The translations under genes were made by a program, and so were the position numbers. From Lama guanicoe (Eukaryota), in assembly GCA_013239625.1 (NCBI GenBank), contig MU053873.1, forward strand, positions 2,556,524-2,620,523: a stretch of DNA of 64,000 nucleotides, written 5' to 3'. Positions 12,135 through 24,030 of this stretch are shown piece after piece (within the stretch, counting starts at the first letter, position 1; each line of letters begins with the position of its first letter). The notes under the pieces are model-generated. The model was not told the origin of the DNA and did not search any database. It was given only the letters and a program-made list of their open reading frames with translations.

Positions 12135-12730
12135 ATTTTATTTTTTTTATTGAACTACAGTTGCTATTCAATATTATATAAGTTATAGGTGTACAATATA
12201 GTGATTCACAATTTTTAAAGGTTATATTCCACTCAGTTATTACAAAATATTGGCTATATCCCCTGTGTTGTACAATAGATCCTTGCAGCTTATTTTATAC
12301 ATAATAGTTTGAACCTCTTACACCCCTAGCCCCTCCCTCTCCCGACCAGCCCACTAGTTTGTTCTCTATACCTGTGTGTCTGCTTTTTTGTTATATTCAT
12401 TGTTGTACTTTTTAGATTCCACACATAACTGACATCATATAACATTTGTCTTTCTCTGTCTGACTTACTTCACTCAGTATGATAACCTCTAGGTCCATCC
12501 ATGTTACTGCAAATGGCAGTATATCATTCTTTTTTATGGCTGAATAGCATTCCATCATATACATACACACACATACACACACACATCCTCTTTATCCATT
12601 CATCTGTTGACAGACACTTGGGTTGCTTCCACATCTTGGCAAATAACACTGCTATGAACACTGGAGTATCTTTTAAAGTGTTTTTTCGGATATATACCCA
12701 CTTGTTTTTTGTTTTCAGATATATGCCGCA
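12135..12730 (-). mobile_element. LINE-1 3' end (artiodactyl-type), 5'-truncated
   Basis: T-rich tail then ttttattgaactacagttg; ORF 12524..12907(-) KDTPVFIAVLFAKMWKQPKCLSTDEWIK resembles the L1 ORF2 C-terminus. Confidence 0.9.
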
Positions 12731-12854
12731 TTTCTCTTTAAGAAATATTCTAAAGAGGGGGAAAAACAAAGGAAAAAAACAAAATTTCTGTACCATTACT
12801 GGCTGTATCATTATTCTGGCGAAAGCAACTACGCTTATCATCAGTTTGGGTATT

Positions 12855-12947
12855 TCAGAAACATCCTCACAGACACACACAGAACCTTTGACCAAAAGTC
12901 TGGGCACCCTGTGAGCCAGTCAAGTCGACACACAAAATGAACCATCT
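12855..12947 (-). mobile_element. MLT2 (ERVL) LTR 5' fragment
   Basis: aaacatcctcacagacacac...tctgggcaccctgtgagccagtcaagtcgacacacaaaatgaaccatc, reverse complement of the MLT2 start. Confidence 0.75.
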
Positions 12948-12959
12948 TCAAAGTGTTAT

Positions 12960-13825
12960 AGGAGAGACCCGCCACGAAGGGAGGGGTAGAAAGACCCTGA
13001 ACTCACCTCCTCCCATGAACACACCAAAATCACAGCTATCTGCAGAACCACCACGGATGAAAAAGACCAGAAGCTACCAGAAAAGATCATCTACAAGTGA
13101 AGAAGGACCCACAAAGAGACAGGCAGGAGGCGCAGACTCACGATACAGCCCTACCCTCGGTGGGCGACCCACACACTCCAGACGTCCTCCCACAGTAGAG
13201 GTCTGAGCCCCACGTCCAGCTCCAGGAAGAAGAGCTCCCCGAGCACCTGGCTTTGGAGGCCAGCGGGGCTTCATTCCGGGAGGCCCGGGGGGCGGAGAGG
13301 AAACCGAGGCTTCGAACTCAAAGGGCACACACAGACTCTGACGCGCTCCGGGACCGAGGGCAGAAGCCGTAATGCTCTAGGAGCCTAGGCCAGACCTACC
13401 TCTGGTCTTGGAGGGTCTCCCGGAGAGGCGGGGGACCGCGGCTCAGCCCGCGGCCACAGACGCTGGCGGCAGCCATACTTGGGGCCTCCTCCTACCGCAG
13501 GGCATTGCTGCCGGCCTCCGCCAGCGCCCGGCCGCACCTGACAGCCTGGACGCGCTCGTGCTGCGACACCTCAGGTCAGGCGACTAACTGGGCGGGGACG
13601 CAGCCTCACCCATGAGAAAGACCGCCTAAGGACTTCAGGAACTCCCAGAAGCCTCCAGAAACTTCCACATTCACCAGAGGGTCCAAGACCAGCTCCGCCC
13701 ACCGGCCCCAGAATCCCCTGCGGCCTGACCCCGCCCTGAGGGGCGGGCTCCAGCCTCTGGACCAGCCTCCGGGCCAGCCTCGCCCACCAGGGGGCAGCCG
13801 CAAGATGCAGGAAAACCACCATCCC
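12960..13825 (+). mobile_element. Isolated LINE-1 5'UTR (internal promoter region), CpG-rich, no ORF1 following
   Basis: ctcacctcctcccatgaacacaccaaaatcac...gggcgacccaca...tggctttggaggccagcggggctt...ccagcctcgcccaccagggggcag match recalled laurasiatherian L1 5' ends; about 45 CpG in 13261-13860. Confidence 0.75.
13784..13798 (+). promoter_or_regulatory. CTCF consensus site
   Basis: CCACCAGGGGGCAGC matches the CTCF core CCASYAGRKGGCRS. Confidence 0.6.
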
Positions 13826-14014
13826 GCTTCCCGGGCTTCCGTAACCTGATTGCTCATCGGGCAACCAGGGAACACCCATACTTGAATGTGCCAGACGACA
13901 CGGTGGGCATTTTGCCTTCACGACGCCTTGTTTAAGCCTCACAGGAACCCTTCACATGAGATCAAGGCACCGAGAAAGGGCTCTGTGGATCCTAACAGGA
14001 TGGGAGTGGCTTAA

Positions 14015-14170
14015 TTATAGCTGAATTGAGCATTTACTGGTCAGACACTGTGATGAGTGACATGCATTATTTCATTTAACATAAATATTAACCCTGCAAC
14101 GTATTCTTTTTTACAGGGAAGAAAACTGAGGTCAAAAGATGTGAAATCACATGCCTAATGGGTGGAATAG
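14015..14170 (-). mobile_element. MIR SINE
   Basis: attgagcatttact...ttttacagggaagaaaactgaggtc. Confidence 0.7.
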
Positions 14171-14179
14171 TGGAGGACT

Positions 14180-14600
14180 CATGGCTACTCTTGACATAAA
14201 TCCAACTAAAAATAAAAACCCTTAAGCCAATGTAAGGAGCTTACAGGCTCATATAGCAGAAAAGTCTAAGGGAATAGCATCAGACATGGCTGAATCCAGG
14301 CACTCATGTATCTATCTTTTCCATCTCTTAGTGTGCTTTGTGATAGTTTTATTCTCTGGCAAATTCTCTCTTTTGGAGGTAAGGTGGCCAAAAACAGCTC
14401 TAGGTATACCCCAAACCAACCACCATCAAAATGCAAGTCTCATTGGACCAACCTGAGGACATGTGACCATTTAACCTTCTCCCTGTGGTCAGGATTGGAA
14501 AGTGCTATTGTCCAGACTGGGGTTGCATGCCCACCCCCTGAGGCTGGAAGGGGTTTCAGATGTAGGAAAGGGCCATTCCCACTAAGGAAGAACAAAAATC
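14180..14600 (-). mobile_element. MaLR LTR (MLT1K/L-like)
   Basis: gcatcagacatggctgaatccaggcactca...gtggccaaaaacagctctagg...tctcattggaccaacct. Confidence 0.55.
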
Positions 14601-15659
14601 TGTTATCAAAACCCACAGAGCAAAATGAGGCAGCTGAGTGGCAATGGCCCACCACGTGGGGATCTGACCCAGCGCCGCCTCATTCACAGCCTGCGTGTTA
14701 ACCAGTTTGCTCCATCCCCTCTGTTTTGATTGCCTCTTTCTAATTCCCTGGCCCTGGGCTGACCCCTCTCGGAGTCCCCTCCCGCAGCCCTCGGCACTGA
14801 GCACTGGTACTTAACGGTCATGCCAAGCGGGTGATGGATGGCGGCTGCCGCGAAGACTCTTCAAAGGGGACAGACAGCTGCTGGCTTGGAAATGGCTCTT
14901 CTGGAGGGACAAAACCCAAATGCAAGCACACACTGTGGGGCTGCTTCAGCCCTTTGTGGATTCTCCTCTTTGGCCCCCTGCCTCTGTTTCTAATTTGCAC
15001 CCCAGGCCCGTGGGTAAAGTAAAATGTTCCAGGCTGCTCTGAGAGGCAGAAAATCTTAGCAGAAACAAAATTGTGTGACTATCCTAGCAGCCAAATAATT
15101 ATCTGTTCCTTCCTATTCTCAGAACTTTAGCCCTGGAAGATACTCCAGGTGGCTTCCCATCAAGCAGAGGAGGCCCAGAGAGGGTGAGGCCTTATCCAAA
15201 GGTTGCACAGCCAGAGAGCAGCAGGAGAGCTAGAATACGTGAAAGGAAAGCGAAGAAGAACTGATATTAACTGCCCATCTACTCTCTGCCAAGCCCACAC
15301 TGGTGGCTTTATCCAAGTTTTAGCTGCTTGCTCAAACCAAACGGCAAAGCTTTAGGGACAAATGCTCAACGTGTTAGGCAGGGAAGAGCCTGAGCCCCAC
15401 ACCATGGCCCAGCTTGGCAGTGATCCTTGGTCGAATCTCTTCTTGTCTGGGACTTGGTTTCTTCATTCAGAAAACAGAATTGATGGCCCCAGGGGTACTT
15501 CCATTTCAACATTCCACATTGTGGGATAAAAGCGATCCACAAATTCTTGCATGAGCAGCTGTGGCTTTGAAGGAGGGCTGCCATGACGACATAAGAGGAT
15601 AAAAGTTGTAACTCATAGACCAACCCCTTCCTGATTCAACACCTACCCACCCTTCTGCC

Positions 15660-16080
15660 CCCACCTCCAGCCTCATCTCACACTCTGCACCCAGCCACTC
15701 TGAAATACCAGATCTCCTAGAAGCCACTGTGATCTCTCTGTCACCTCTGGGCCTTTGCGCATGCTTTGGGACTCCTCTTCTCCCCACCCACCTACCCTTG
15801 CTAATTCCTACTCCTGCTTCTGTTCCTGCTAGAACATCACCCACTCTTCTTTTACTCCCCTCCCCAAATTAATTTAGGAGCCTCCCAGATGCATCACAGG
15901 CCCCTCAATGCCCCATCAGAGCACTTTTTACTGGGTTGCAATCTCCCATCGACTTGTCTGTCTCCCTCACTAGATCATAAAATCCTCACAGACAGGACTG
16001 ACTCTGGTCACTGCTGTAACCCTGATGCCAGGACGGACCTGGCACACAAGAGGTACCGGTAAACAGTGAACCTCAACTAA
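15660..16080 (+). mobile_element. L2 3' region
   Basis: ctgggcctttgcgcatgct...gacttgtctgtctccctcactagatcataaa...cctggcacacaagagg. Confidence 0.7.
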
Positions 16081-16294
16081 ATTTGAGCAGTATTAAGGAT
16101 TCCAAGAGTCCTGGGAAGATTATGCCCCAGGAGACCCCTCTGAGCACCAAACAGAAGGGGTTTTTTGTTTCCCTATTTTCCAGGACTTTTGACCCCTGTC
16201 TTTGTGGATTATCAGCAGTAACAGAAGTTACAGTGATCGAGTTTCTGGTTTTGAGATTCAGAAGGGACTTGTCACCTTGCTCTTAAACCCTTGC

Positions 16295-17345
16295 AAACCT
16301 CCCACCTCTGGCCTCTAGGAGTCCACCCTGCTTTCCGCGCAGCAGGCGGGGTGATCCTTCCAAAAGGCAGATCAGAGCGTGTCCCTCCTCTGAGCACAAC
16401 TCTCCAAGCGTTCTCCATCTCACTAGAAGCCCAAGTCCTTACAATTCCCCTCATACCAGGTTGGATTTCAGGAAGAAAAAGGCACCAAAAGCCACCTCGA
16501 CCCTTGCCAGAATGGCCTTTATCACCCAATCCAGAATGCTGAGACAGAAGGAAAGCCATCCATTGGGGTCTCAATTCCATTTTCTAAAAGGAGAAACGGA
16601 GATGGGGTTAAGCCTGTGCTCTTGGGATCAATGCGGCTGGAAACGGAAGGAGAGAGGGCTGGGCAGAGGGAGGGGCCAGGCGGAAAGGCAGCCCCGGGAG
16701 AGCCCAGGAGTTAGGATGGCCCATCAGAGTTGGCCCACGTCGGCCAGCCCACAGACCCCGCCGTGGTCAGACACTGGATGTGGACAGCAAGGAAGGCAAG
16801 GTGGCTCCCTGCAGCTGGGCCACCCCTAATGGGGCCGACAGCCAAGGGCACAGGCAGGTGACAACATGGTCAGTCACTGCAACCACAAGGCTGTCCCCAA
16901 AGGAGAGTCCTAACAAAGTCCCCACTCAGCCTGCCCCCCGTTACCTCTCTGACCTCAGTTCTCCTCCCCTGCCTCTGGCCACCCTGGCCTCTTCTGTTCT
17001 CAAACCCAACCTCACCTTCGCACCCCAAGGCCTTTGCTCTTGCTGGCCCATCCTAGAGCACTTCTCCCCCGGCTATTTTCATGGCTTGTCCCCTCACTGT
17101 CTTTAAGACTCTGCTCCAATGTCACCTCACCAGAGCATCCTTCCTTGACTCCCCTCAATAAAAGAGCAGCCCCCCAATTCTCTCTACCCCTCTTCTCCTN
17201 NNNNNNNNNNNNNNNNNNNNNNNNNNNNNNNNNNNNNNNNNNNNNNATAAAAGAGCAGCCCCCCTCTCTCTACCCCTCTTCTTCTCCTTCACGGCTGCTC
17301 CCTGACACATTGTATAATCCTTATTTGTTATTTTCTGTCCCCCTC
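16295..17345 (+). mobile_element. L2 fragments (about 16295-16455 and 16930-17345)
   Basis: gtgatccttccaaaaggcagatcagagcgtgtccctcctctg; caaggcctttgctcttgctgg...aatgtcacctcaccagag. Confidence 0.6.
17158..17290. repeat. Assembly gap (47 N, 17200-17246) flanked by a ~43-bp direct repeat
   Basis: ataaaagagcagcccccc...tctctacccctcttct starts at both 17158 and 17247. Confidence 0.9.
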
Positions 17346-18420
17346 CAGTGAACCTAAGGCCCAGGGGACCTGTCCGATGCAGTGCGCACAAGCAGCACCA
17401 AGCCAAGAACCCAGTACGTCGGAGGAAATATCTGGGGGGGCGGACAGCAGCCTTCAGCTCTTCACTGCTGGCTTCTAGCTGTTGAGAGCAGCCTTGGTTC
17501 CTGGCACTCGGCAGGATGCTGGGCTGCAGCATCACCACGTGCCCGTGACGTCAGTGCCAGAGCTGTTTAATTCTCATTAGCCCCACTGTACAGAGGAGGT
17601 AGCTATGAGACTATGAAGCCACTGGCCCAAGGTCATGCACCAGGGAACAGCAGAGCCACTACAAGAAGCAGGGACTGCCAGCCAGACTCCTCTGCAACTT
17701 CTGATGTCGGGCAGGTAGGGTGGGGGATCCTCGGCACAGCTGCTCCTCAGCTCAGGGGTCCTGCCACCCCTCGGCTATTTCTCTTCTTCCATGCTCAAGT
17801 CTGCAATTGCTCTCTGACTGTTACGGTGTTTATTAACTTCCCACTGAGCTCATTACAGAGCAGACACCTTATTACCTACCACCTGCCATCGGAGCTGGAG
17901 GGATCATTCCCAGCCTACAAATAGCCCCAGGATCCACCCCAACAGCAGTCACAGACCCAGAGGCCACCAGCTTTGCCCAGAAGTACAAGTTCAAGGGCAA
18001 GGAAGTGGCCCTTCCTTTTTCCCTAACCCTCACCGCCACTCTGGAGCCAAAGTGGCCATAAGTCAAGCAAGAATCCAACTAAGTTACCCAAGTCCCTCTG
18101 TCCCACCAACCATCCCTGTGTCAGTCCCATATTTATCTTGACACTGTGACAAATTCACTGCCAGGTGGATGTCACTCTCAGCAGAGCCCAAGGGTACCTT
18201 TGTTGGAACTTCCTGTGGCTATGTGGCAAACTCTCAGACAGACGTGAGCTTTGCTGTAGTCTCCCTCTGTGCTCCTGGGTGAGCTGGCCAACCTCTCAGA
18301 GCCTCAGTTTTCCCCATCTCTGTAATGGACATAACCATGCCCTCTACAAAGGTTTGCTGCACAACTTAAATGCACTATCAGATGCTTTAAGCCCGGGACA
18401 GGATGGCGAGCTCAACCATT

Positions 18421-18672
18421 CAAGGCTGACTTCATCACACACACCTGACTTCATTACACAGTTGGTGGTGTGTTTGGGGATATTTTAGGGACCCAAGAAA
18501 ATGTTTTAATTTCTTTTAAAACCGAAAGCAAAATTTTAATATAATCCAGCCTAAATAATATTCCTTTTTGTACCAAAGCAGTCATAAAATATAATTTTAA
18601 TTTTTTTAATGGAAGAAGGGGCCCACAAAAGCAAAAGCGCCTAGAGCCCAGGAAGGCCGTGATGCAGGCCTG
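18421..18672. mobile_element. hAT-Tip100 DNA transposon, MER91-like
   Basis: AT-rich core ending ggggcccacaaaagcaaaagcgcctagagcccaggaaggccgtgatgcaggcctg. Confidence 0.6.
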
Positions 18673-19749
18673 TGGTCACATTCGTTCCCTTCTGCTGGGG
18701 AGTGGAGGGAAGGTCTGGTCACAGGTTGGGACCTGGAAGGGGCACCTGATGAGTTTGACCTGTACTTCATCAGTTTGACTGGCAGCTCTGATAATCTGAT
18801 GAACCACAAGGCTTGACAGTCTGGCAATCAGTCCACAGTCTAGCTCTTTGCTAACAAAACCCATCCCTTTTTGCCTACAACAAGTATTTGTGGAGTGCCT
18901 GCTCTGAGCGAGGCATGGTCTGGCTTCAAATATCAGTGTGGGCACCTGCTAAATGTGTGAACTTGGGAACGTGACTTTCCCTCTGTGTGCCCTGGATAAA
19001 ATGGGAGTAACTGGGTTCTCAGAATTCAGACAATTAATCCAGGAAGAGTTTTGAGAAGATGGCCCAGTGCATAAAAATGAGCATTCCAGAACATCAGCCC
19101 AAGGTGCCACCGCAGACATAGTCCCTGCCCTGAGGGAGCCTGCAAAACACAATCCATGAACAAACATGTTAATAAAGGCTTTGGCCTCAGTGATGATTCG
19201 TGGGGTGAAGGGAATACGAGAGTGGAGTTCGAGCAGCTGCCCCTGGATGACCGTCGGTCAGAGGCCACAGCTAGCCCTAGGAGGCCAGGTGAAGGAGCAC
19301 TCAACCTTCTTCTCCCCACCCCCGCCCTCTAGTCTTTCACCGGGATCTTCATTGGCTGAAGCCAGCCAGGGCCACAGGCCATGGGAATCTGTTTTCATGT
19401 CCAATCAGGTCAGCTTCCTGGGCTCAGATGAAGGATGGAGATCAGTCTGGAGGGTCAAACAGGGTACAACCCATACAGAGCCCTCCACCCCGAGGCTGAA
19501 ATCACTCATTAGCTCCTCTTTGCCCACAAGTTGAGATCTAAGCTCCCCAGGACACCCCCAGCCCCTCGCTCCCTACACCTGTCACCTCCCCACCCCTCCC
19601 GCAGTACCTACTCCCATTTACCCTCAAGCTCTAAGCAACCTCCCATGGCTCCACCAAAGCATCAGGTCATTCCACATCTGGAGGCCTTTGTCCAGGCTGT
19701 TCCCACCCCCCGAGAAGCCCTCCCACACCTGGGCAAAGCCCAGTGGGCC

Positions 19750-19935
19750 AGTGAGGCAGGGCAGAGCCCAGAAAACCTAGGTTCCAATTCTGTCTCTGCT
19801 ACTTCCCAGCTACGTGACCTGAAGCCAGTTCATCCGGCTGAGCCTCAGGGTTTCACCTGTAAAATGGGAAGAATGACAGCCCACAGCATGAAGCTGCTAT
19901 GAGGTTCAATGATAGAATGCTTATAAAGGGCTTGG
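19750..19935 (+). mobile_element. MIR SINE
   Basis: ctaggttccaattctgtctctgctactt...gagcctcagggtttcacctgtaaaatggg. Confidence 0.75.
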
Positions 19936-20119
19936 AGGGGGAGGGTCACTCGACAAGTCATACTAGAGGCAATTTTTAAGAAGGAAAGGGCTTACAGTGC
20001 CATTCCTGTCCATCTGTCCTTCCGGGTGCCAGGGCCCCACCTTTCTGTGGGCTTCACTGAGCCTTGTGTGGACAGCTCTTGGGGCCCTTGGGATGTTTTA
20101 CTCTGCATCTCCATCAAGG

Positions 20120-20240
20120 CTCTATGAGCCCCGAGGGAGAAGGACCTGAGATCATCTCTGTGTGTGCTCTCAGCACCTAGTGCATGGTGGACCCTCAGTG
20201 AACACGGAATGAATGAATGAATGAGCGGACGAATGAACCA
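20120..20240 (+). mobile_element. L2 3' terminus with (GAAT)n tail
   Basis: cagcacctagtgcatggtggaccctcagtgaacacggaatgaatgaatgaatga. Confidence 0.7.
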
Positions 20241-20439
20241 ATGTTGAAACCAGTGGTCCAATCTGCCTGCCCCTCCACCCGAATAAAGCTTGAACTGCTT
20301 TCATCCCCACCTGAACTACTAAACAGGGTACGAGGTGACGCTCTCAACAATGCCAAGGCCAAGGTCATGGCAGGGAGCGGCGGGTGGCAGGGGAGTAAGG
20401 GAAGCACGAGGCCCGGGAGGGGGCTGCAGGCCCCAGCTC

Positions 20440-20640
20440 ATTGGAAATGCAGAAAGAATCCCAGCGGCCGCTGCCTTCTCTGGCAGGGAGCGCACGGGAA
20501 AAGACAAGAAAAATGAAGCCGCCACAATCTCATTTTCTGAGGCCTGCAAGTCAGCCAGGAAATAGCTATTATTCCATCGCACTGTCGGTATTAAGTTATT
20601 TCCTTCACTAAATACGGGAATGTTCATGAATATCTATTGA
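20440..20640. promoter_or_regulatory. Candidate conserved non-coding element
   Basis: Unique, CpG-retaining block: gaagccgccacaatctcattttc...gctattattccatcgcactgtcggtattaagttatt. Confidence 0.35.
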
Positions 20641-21499
20641 GTCCCAGGTACAGACACCTCCTGGCTCTGAGGCTCAGTCACTCTTGCCTTTACATTCCTC
20701 CAACAACACCCCTCAATCTTGCTCTGAAGTGAAAGACAATAGTATTTGAAATTGGTTAATAAATCTCGGGATTGATGCTCCTCGAAGGCCCGGGAACTTC
20801 GTCTCTATTACTTGAATAAAAGGGATCACATTTTAACCACTGCCAGGCTAGGAATTTGGGAGAGTGACCCACGCCAGCTGCTCCTTCCTCTTCCTGGGAA
20901 GGGTGGTGTAGGGTGAAGGTTTCAGGACACTGGGTCAAACAGAGACCTTTTTGACATCCAGGAAACACTCATTTTCTGGCTAACTTGGGCCAGTTGGACA
21001 TCTTGGACCACTTTGGTTTTGATGGCTTTGTGTTCAGCCAGCCCCTCTAGATTCAAATAAAAGAGATTTGGAAGCAATGCTCCAGGAAGAATGTGGGTGC
21101 CTGGCATCCTTTTAAAAAGCACCTGGATGCAGATAAGGAAGGTAGCGGAGGGGGTATAAATAGGGCTGTTTGGAAAACAATTCCAGGTGTTGATTTTTAC
21201 ACCACCTTCCTCATGAGCACAAGTGACCTTGGGCATCCCCGCTGGAGTGGAGAAACTTTGAAAATCCCAAATGATGGAGAATGTGAAACAGGACTTAAGT
21301 CTCCCATTTGTAGAGTTTCTTGCCACCTGCTTTAAGTTTCTTTCCTAATCCATCCTCGCAGCCACCCTAGGAGGTGGAGACATTGTCTACAGGCAAGAAA
21401 ATCCATGGATCAGAATCATCCGTGTATACCGAGCATCCAACATCCGGTCTGGCGGCCCCAGAGCAGCCGCTCAGAAAACAGTGGGAAGATGGGCCCTTG

Positions 21500-21900
21500 G
21501 ACAATATCCCCAATTTACAGATGTGCAAACTGAGGCTCAGAGCAGGCAAATGGCTTGCTCAGCATCTCACAGTGAGCTAGCCTGTCAATGATTCAGCTAA
21601 GATAGTCTGCCCACCCACTATGCCCAGGCACTGAGGGAGGTACTAAAGATACAGATGTGAATAGAAAAGATATGATGGGCACTTTGATGGAGCTCGCAGT
21701 CTCGGAGTTGGGGAGGCAGAGAGCTTTGAGTGAGAAAAGAGATAACGGGGCAACTTCGGGTATAGCTACCTGCCGAGAAGGAAATGAAGCAGGACGATGG
21801 GGTCAACAGGGCTGGGGGTGGTGGGCTATTATTAGAGCGGGGCAGTTCCTAGCCCTCTCTGAAGACTCTGGGAAGCAAGGGAGTGGAAGCATATCTCTGA
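21500..21900 (-). mobile_element. MIR (about 21500-21600) followed by an L2 fragment
   Basis: ccccaatttacagatgtgcaaactgaggctcagag; cccactatgcccaggcactg...atggagctcgcagtct. Confidence 0.6.
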
Positions 21901-22399
21901 GACCCACTGAGGTCTTCGGAGGCAGGAATTATACTGATTGAGACCCCAGCACTCAGCACGAGACCTGGCTCACAGCCGATGCTCGGGCTGGGGGGAGATG
22001 AGTGAGCAGAGGGTTTCCATTGTTATTAACAAAGCTCTGTTCATCCCTTCCTGCACCCCCTCATCAGAACTTCCCTTGAAACCCGGCTCTGGGCTTGCTG
22101 ATTTTCTCACGGCAATAACCCATTAATGCCAGCTAATGTGGAACCCCGGCCAGGGGCATGATTGTCTAACCAGGTCACATACATCCCAGGGCCCCCTTCT
22201 GGTCCTTCTGCCTTTGGTCTCACTTTCGAAACTGTCCCCAGACAGCAGCCAGAAGGATGCTTTAAAAACACCCAGTGATATGTCACTCTGCTGCACAAAA
22301 TCTTTCAAGGCGCCTGCTGCTCCGAGAGCCAGGTAGGAGGTCCTGCCCGCGGGGTCACTGCTTCCTTACCAGCCTCGCCTTGCACTACCTCTGCCCTCA

Positions 22400-22790
22400 C
22401 CTGCTACCAGCTGCCTGGACTGAAAGCCTCACCCCCAGCTCCTCTCTCACACTCACGCCTTTGAACACACCGTTTCCTCCTCCTGGAATGGCTGCTCCTC
22501 CCCCTGTTATCCTGTTTGGCACCTCCTCTACCCTGTGAGCTGCTGCTTAAATATCAAAACTCACATCGCCTTCTCCAAGAAGCCTTCCCTGATTTCCAGG
22601 GAGTGTTTATTGTTTATTCTGAGTTCCCCCACTGCCTGAGCTTCCCTCATTATAGCACCCACACTGACTGGCTCATAATCATCGGTTTCTATATCTGTTC
22701 CTTGCCTTCAAAATGTGAAAATGGGAACGTCTCATTTACTTCTTACCCCAGCACCCCACAGAGGACCCAGCATAGAGGTACCAGTAATAA
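22400..22790 (+). mobile_element. L2 3' region
   Basis: gcctttgaacacaccgtttcctcctcctggaatg...ccaagaagccttccctga...cccagcatagagg. Confidence 0.6.
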
Positions 22791-22825
22791 TTGTAAGTGA
22801 AACTCACTATTTTTGCTCATCCATC

Positions 22826-23381
22826 ATGGTAGATTGTTTGCAAAAAGACTCAGTTCTGTGCTCTCTCTGGATTCATACCCTTTGCAATGTGACTCTGTAC
22901 CTCTTCCATCAAAGTATGAGACTTCAACCCACCTCCAGAGTCTGGACTGGCCATGGAATCTGCTCTGACCAATACAACGTGGAGGGAGTGACATCATGCC
23001 AGTTTTAAGCTTGGGCCTTAAGAAGCACTGTAGCTTCCATTCTCTCTCCTTATAACCCTGCCAGCCCCCAGGCAAGCAAGTCCAGGTTGGCTGGCTGAAG
23101 GGCACAGGACAAGTAACTGACTCACCTACGTCACGCAGGCAACTGCCAGTTAACCACGAACATGGAAGTGAGGCCAATCTAGACCAGCCTGCCACCAACC
23201 ACCTCATCAGTTTACCTGAGCAAGTCCAGCTGGGATCAGCCAAGCCTGGCCCAGATCAGCAGAACTATCCAGATAACCCATGAGCAAAACAAACAAACAA
23301 AAAATGTGGACTGGTATATGCTCCTAAGACTAGGTTGCTTTTTATTACACAGCAGCAGCATGGCAGTGGATAGCTGATACA
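22826..23381 (+). mobile_element. MaLR solo LTR, MLT1H-like
   Basis: tggtagattgtttgcaaaa...ctttgcaatgtgact...tgctctgaccaat...cccagatcagcagaact...tagctgataca. Confidence 0.8.
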
Positions 23382-23664
23382 TTCATTGACCAGGCTGTTC
23401 TCCCATGTTCAGCCCTGGGAGTAGCACACCACCAATCCAAATCACTCCTGGAAACTGTCCCCCAAACAAAGGACGCAAAATATCAGGGTCTCTTCAACAT
23501 GGGTCAAAGCACAAATCCCATAGCTGTCGCTGGTGGAGCAGGTGGAAAGTGACCCCCAGCTGACCAAGTGACCTATTGTCACAGGTGGGTTGGAGGAACC
23601 AAGCCCCAGAGAACTTCCAGAAAAATCTCACAGTCTGGCAAGAGCCTCGGCCAGAATGCTGAAC

Positions 23665-24030
23665 TCCATCTGGGGAATAAAGCCAGACACATCACTCTTT
23701 TGGACAAGCAATTTTTTTTTTGCATAATTGACAATTCTTGGCATATTCTCCCCTTCTCTGCGCGCAGCCCTCGTTTCATGTCACTCATGAACGTACCAGA
23801 CACTCTGAGGTGACTTCCCTTGAAAAGAGACCGTCAAAGAGACCTCTGGCTCCTTACCTTTAAATATTCCACTTGTTATAAATTCCCTGAGGAGTCTTCT
23901 CAGCTCCAAGTATCAGGGGAACAGAAAAGGGGAGAGAAGCGAGGGAAAAAAAAACACATTCTCAGAACAGTTCTTTGTACTTGAGATTCTTTGGTTTGTA
24001 TTAAAATATTCTCATCTTCCCCATAATTTA
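23665..24030. promoter_or_regulatory. Candidate conserved non-coding element
   Basis: Unique block: tttgcataattgacaattcttggc, catgtcactcatg, gtcaaag, cccataatttatg. Confidence 0.4.

Noticed and set aside
12501..12914. Overlapping 137-aa and 127-aa ORFs
   Set aside because: Decayed L1 ORF2 end and its antisense frame, not a host gene
12135..13825. Divergent L1 3' end (-) and L1 5'UTR (+) as one twin-primed insertion
   Set aside because: About 230 bp of unrelated sequence including an MLT2 fragment separates them, and I found no enclosing TSD
23845..23862. Strong minus-strand splice donor (AAG|GTAAGG)
   Set aside because: No convincing acceptor, reading frame or neighbouring exon; isolated donors are common by chance
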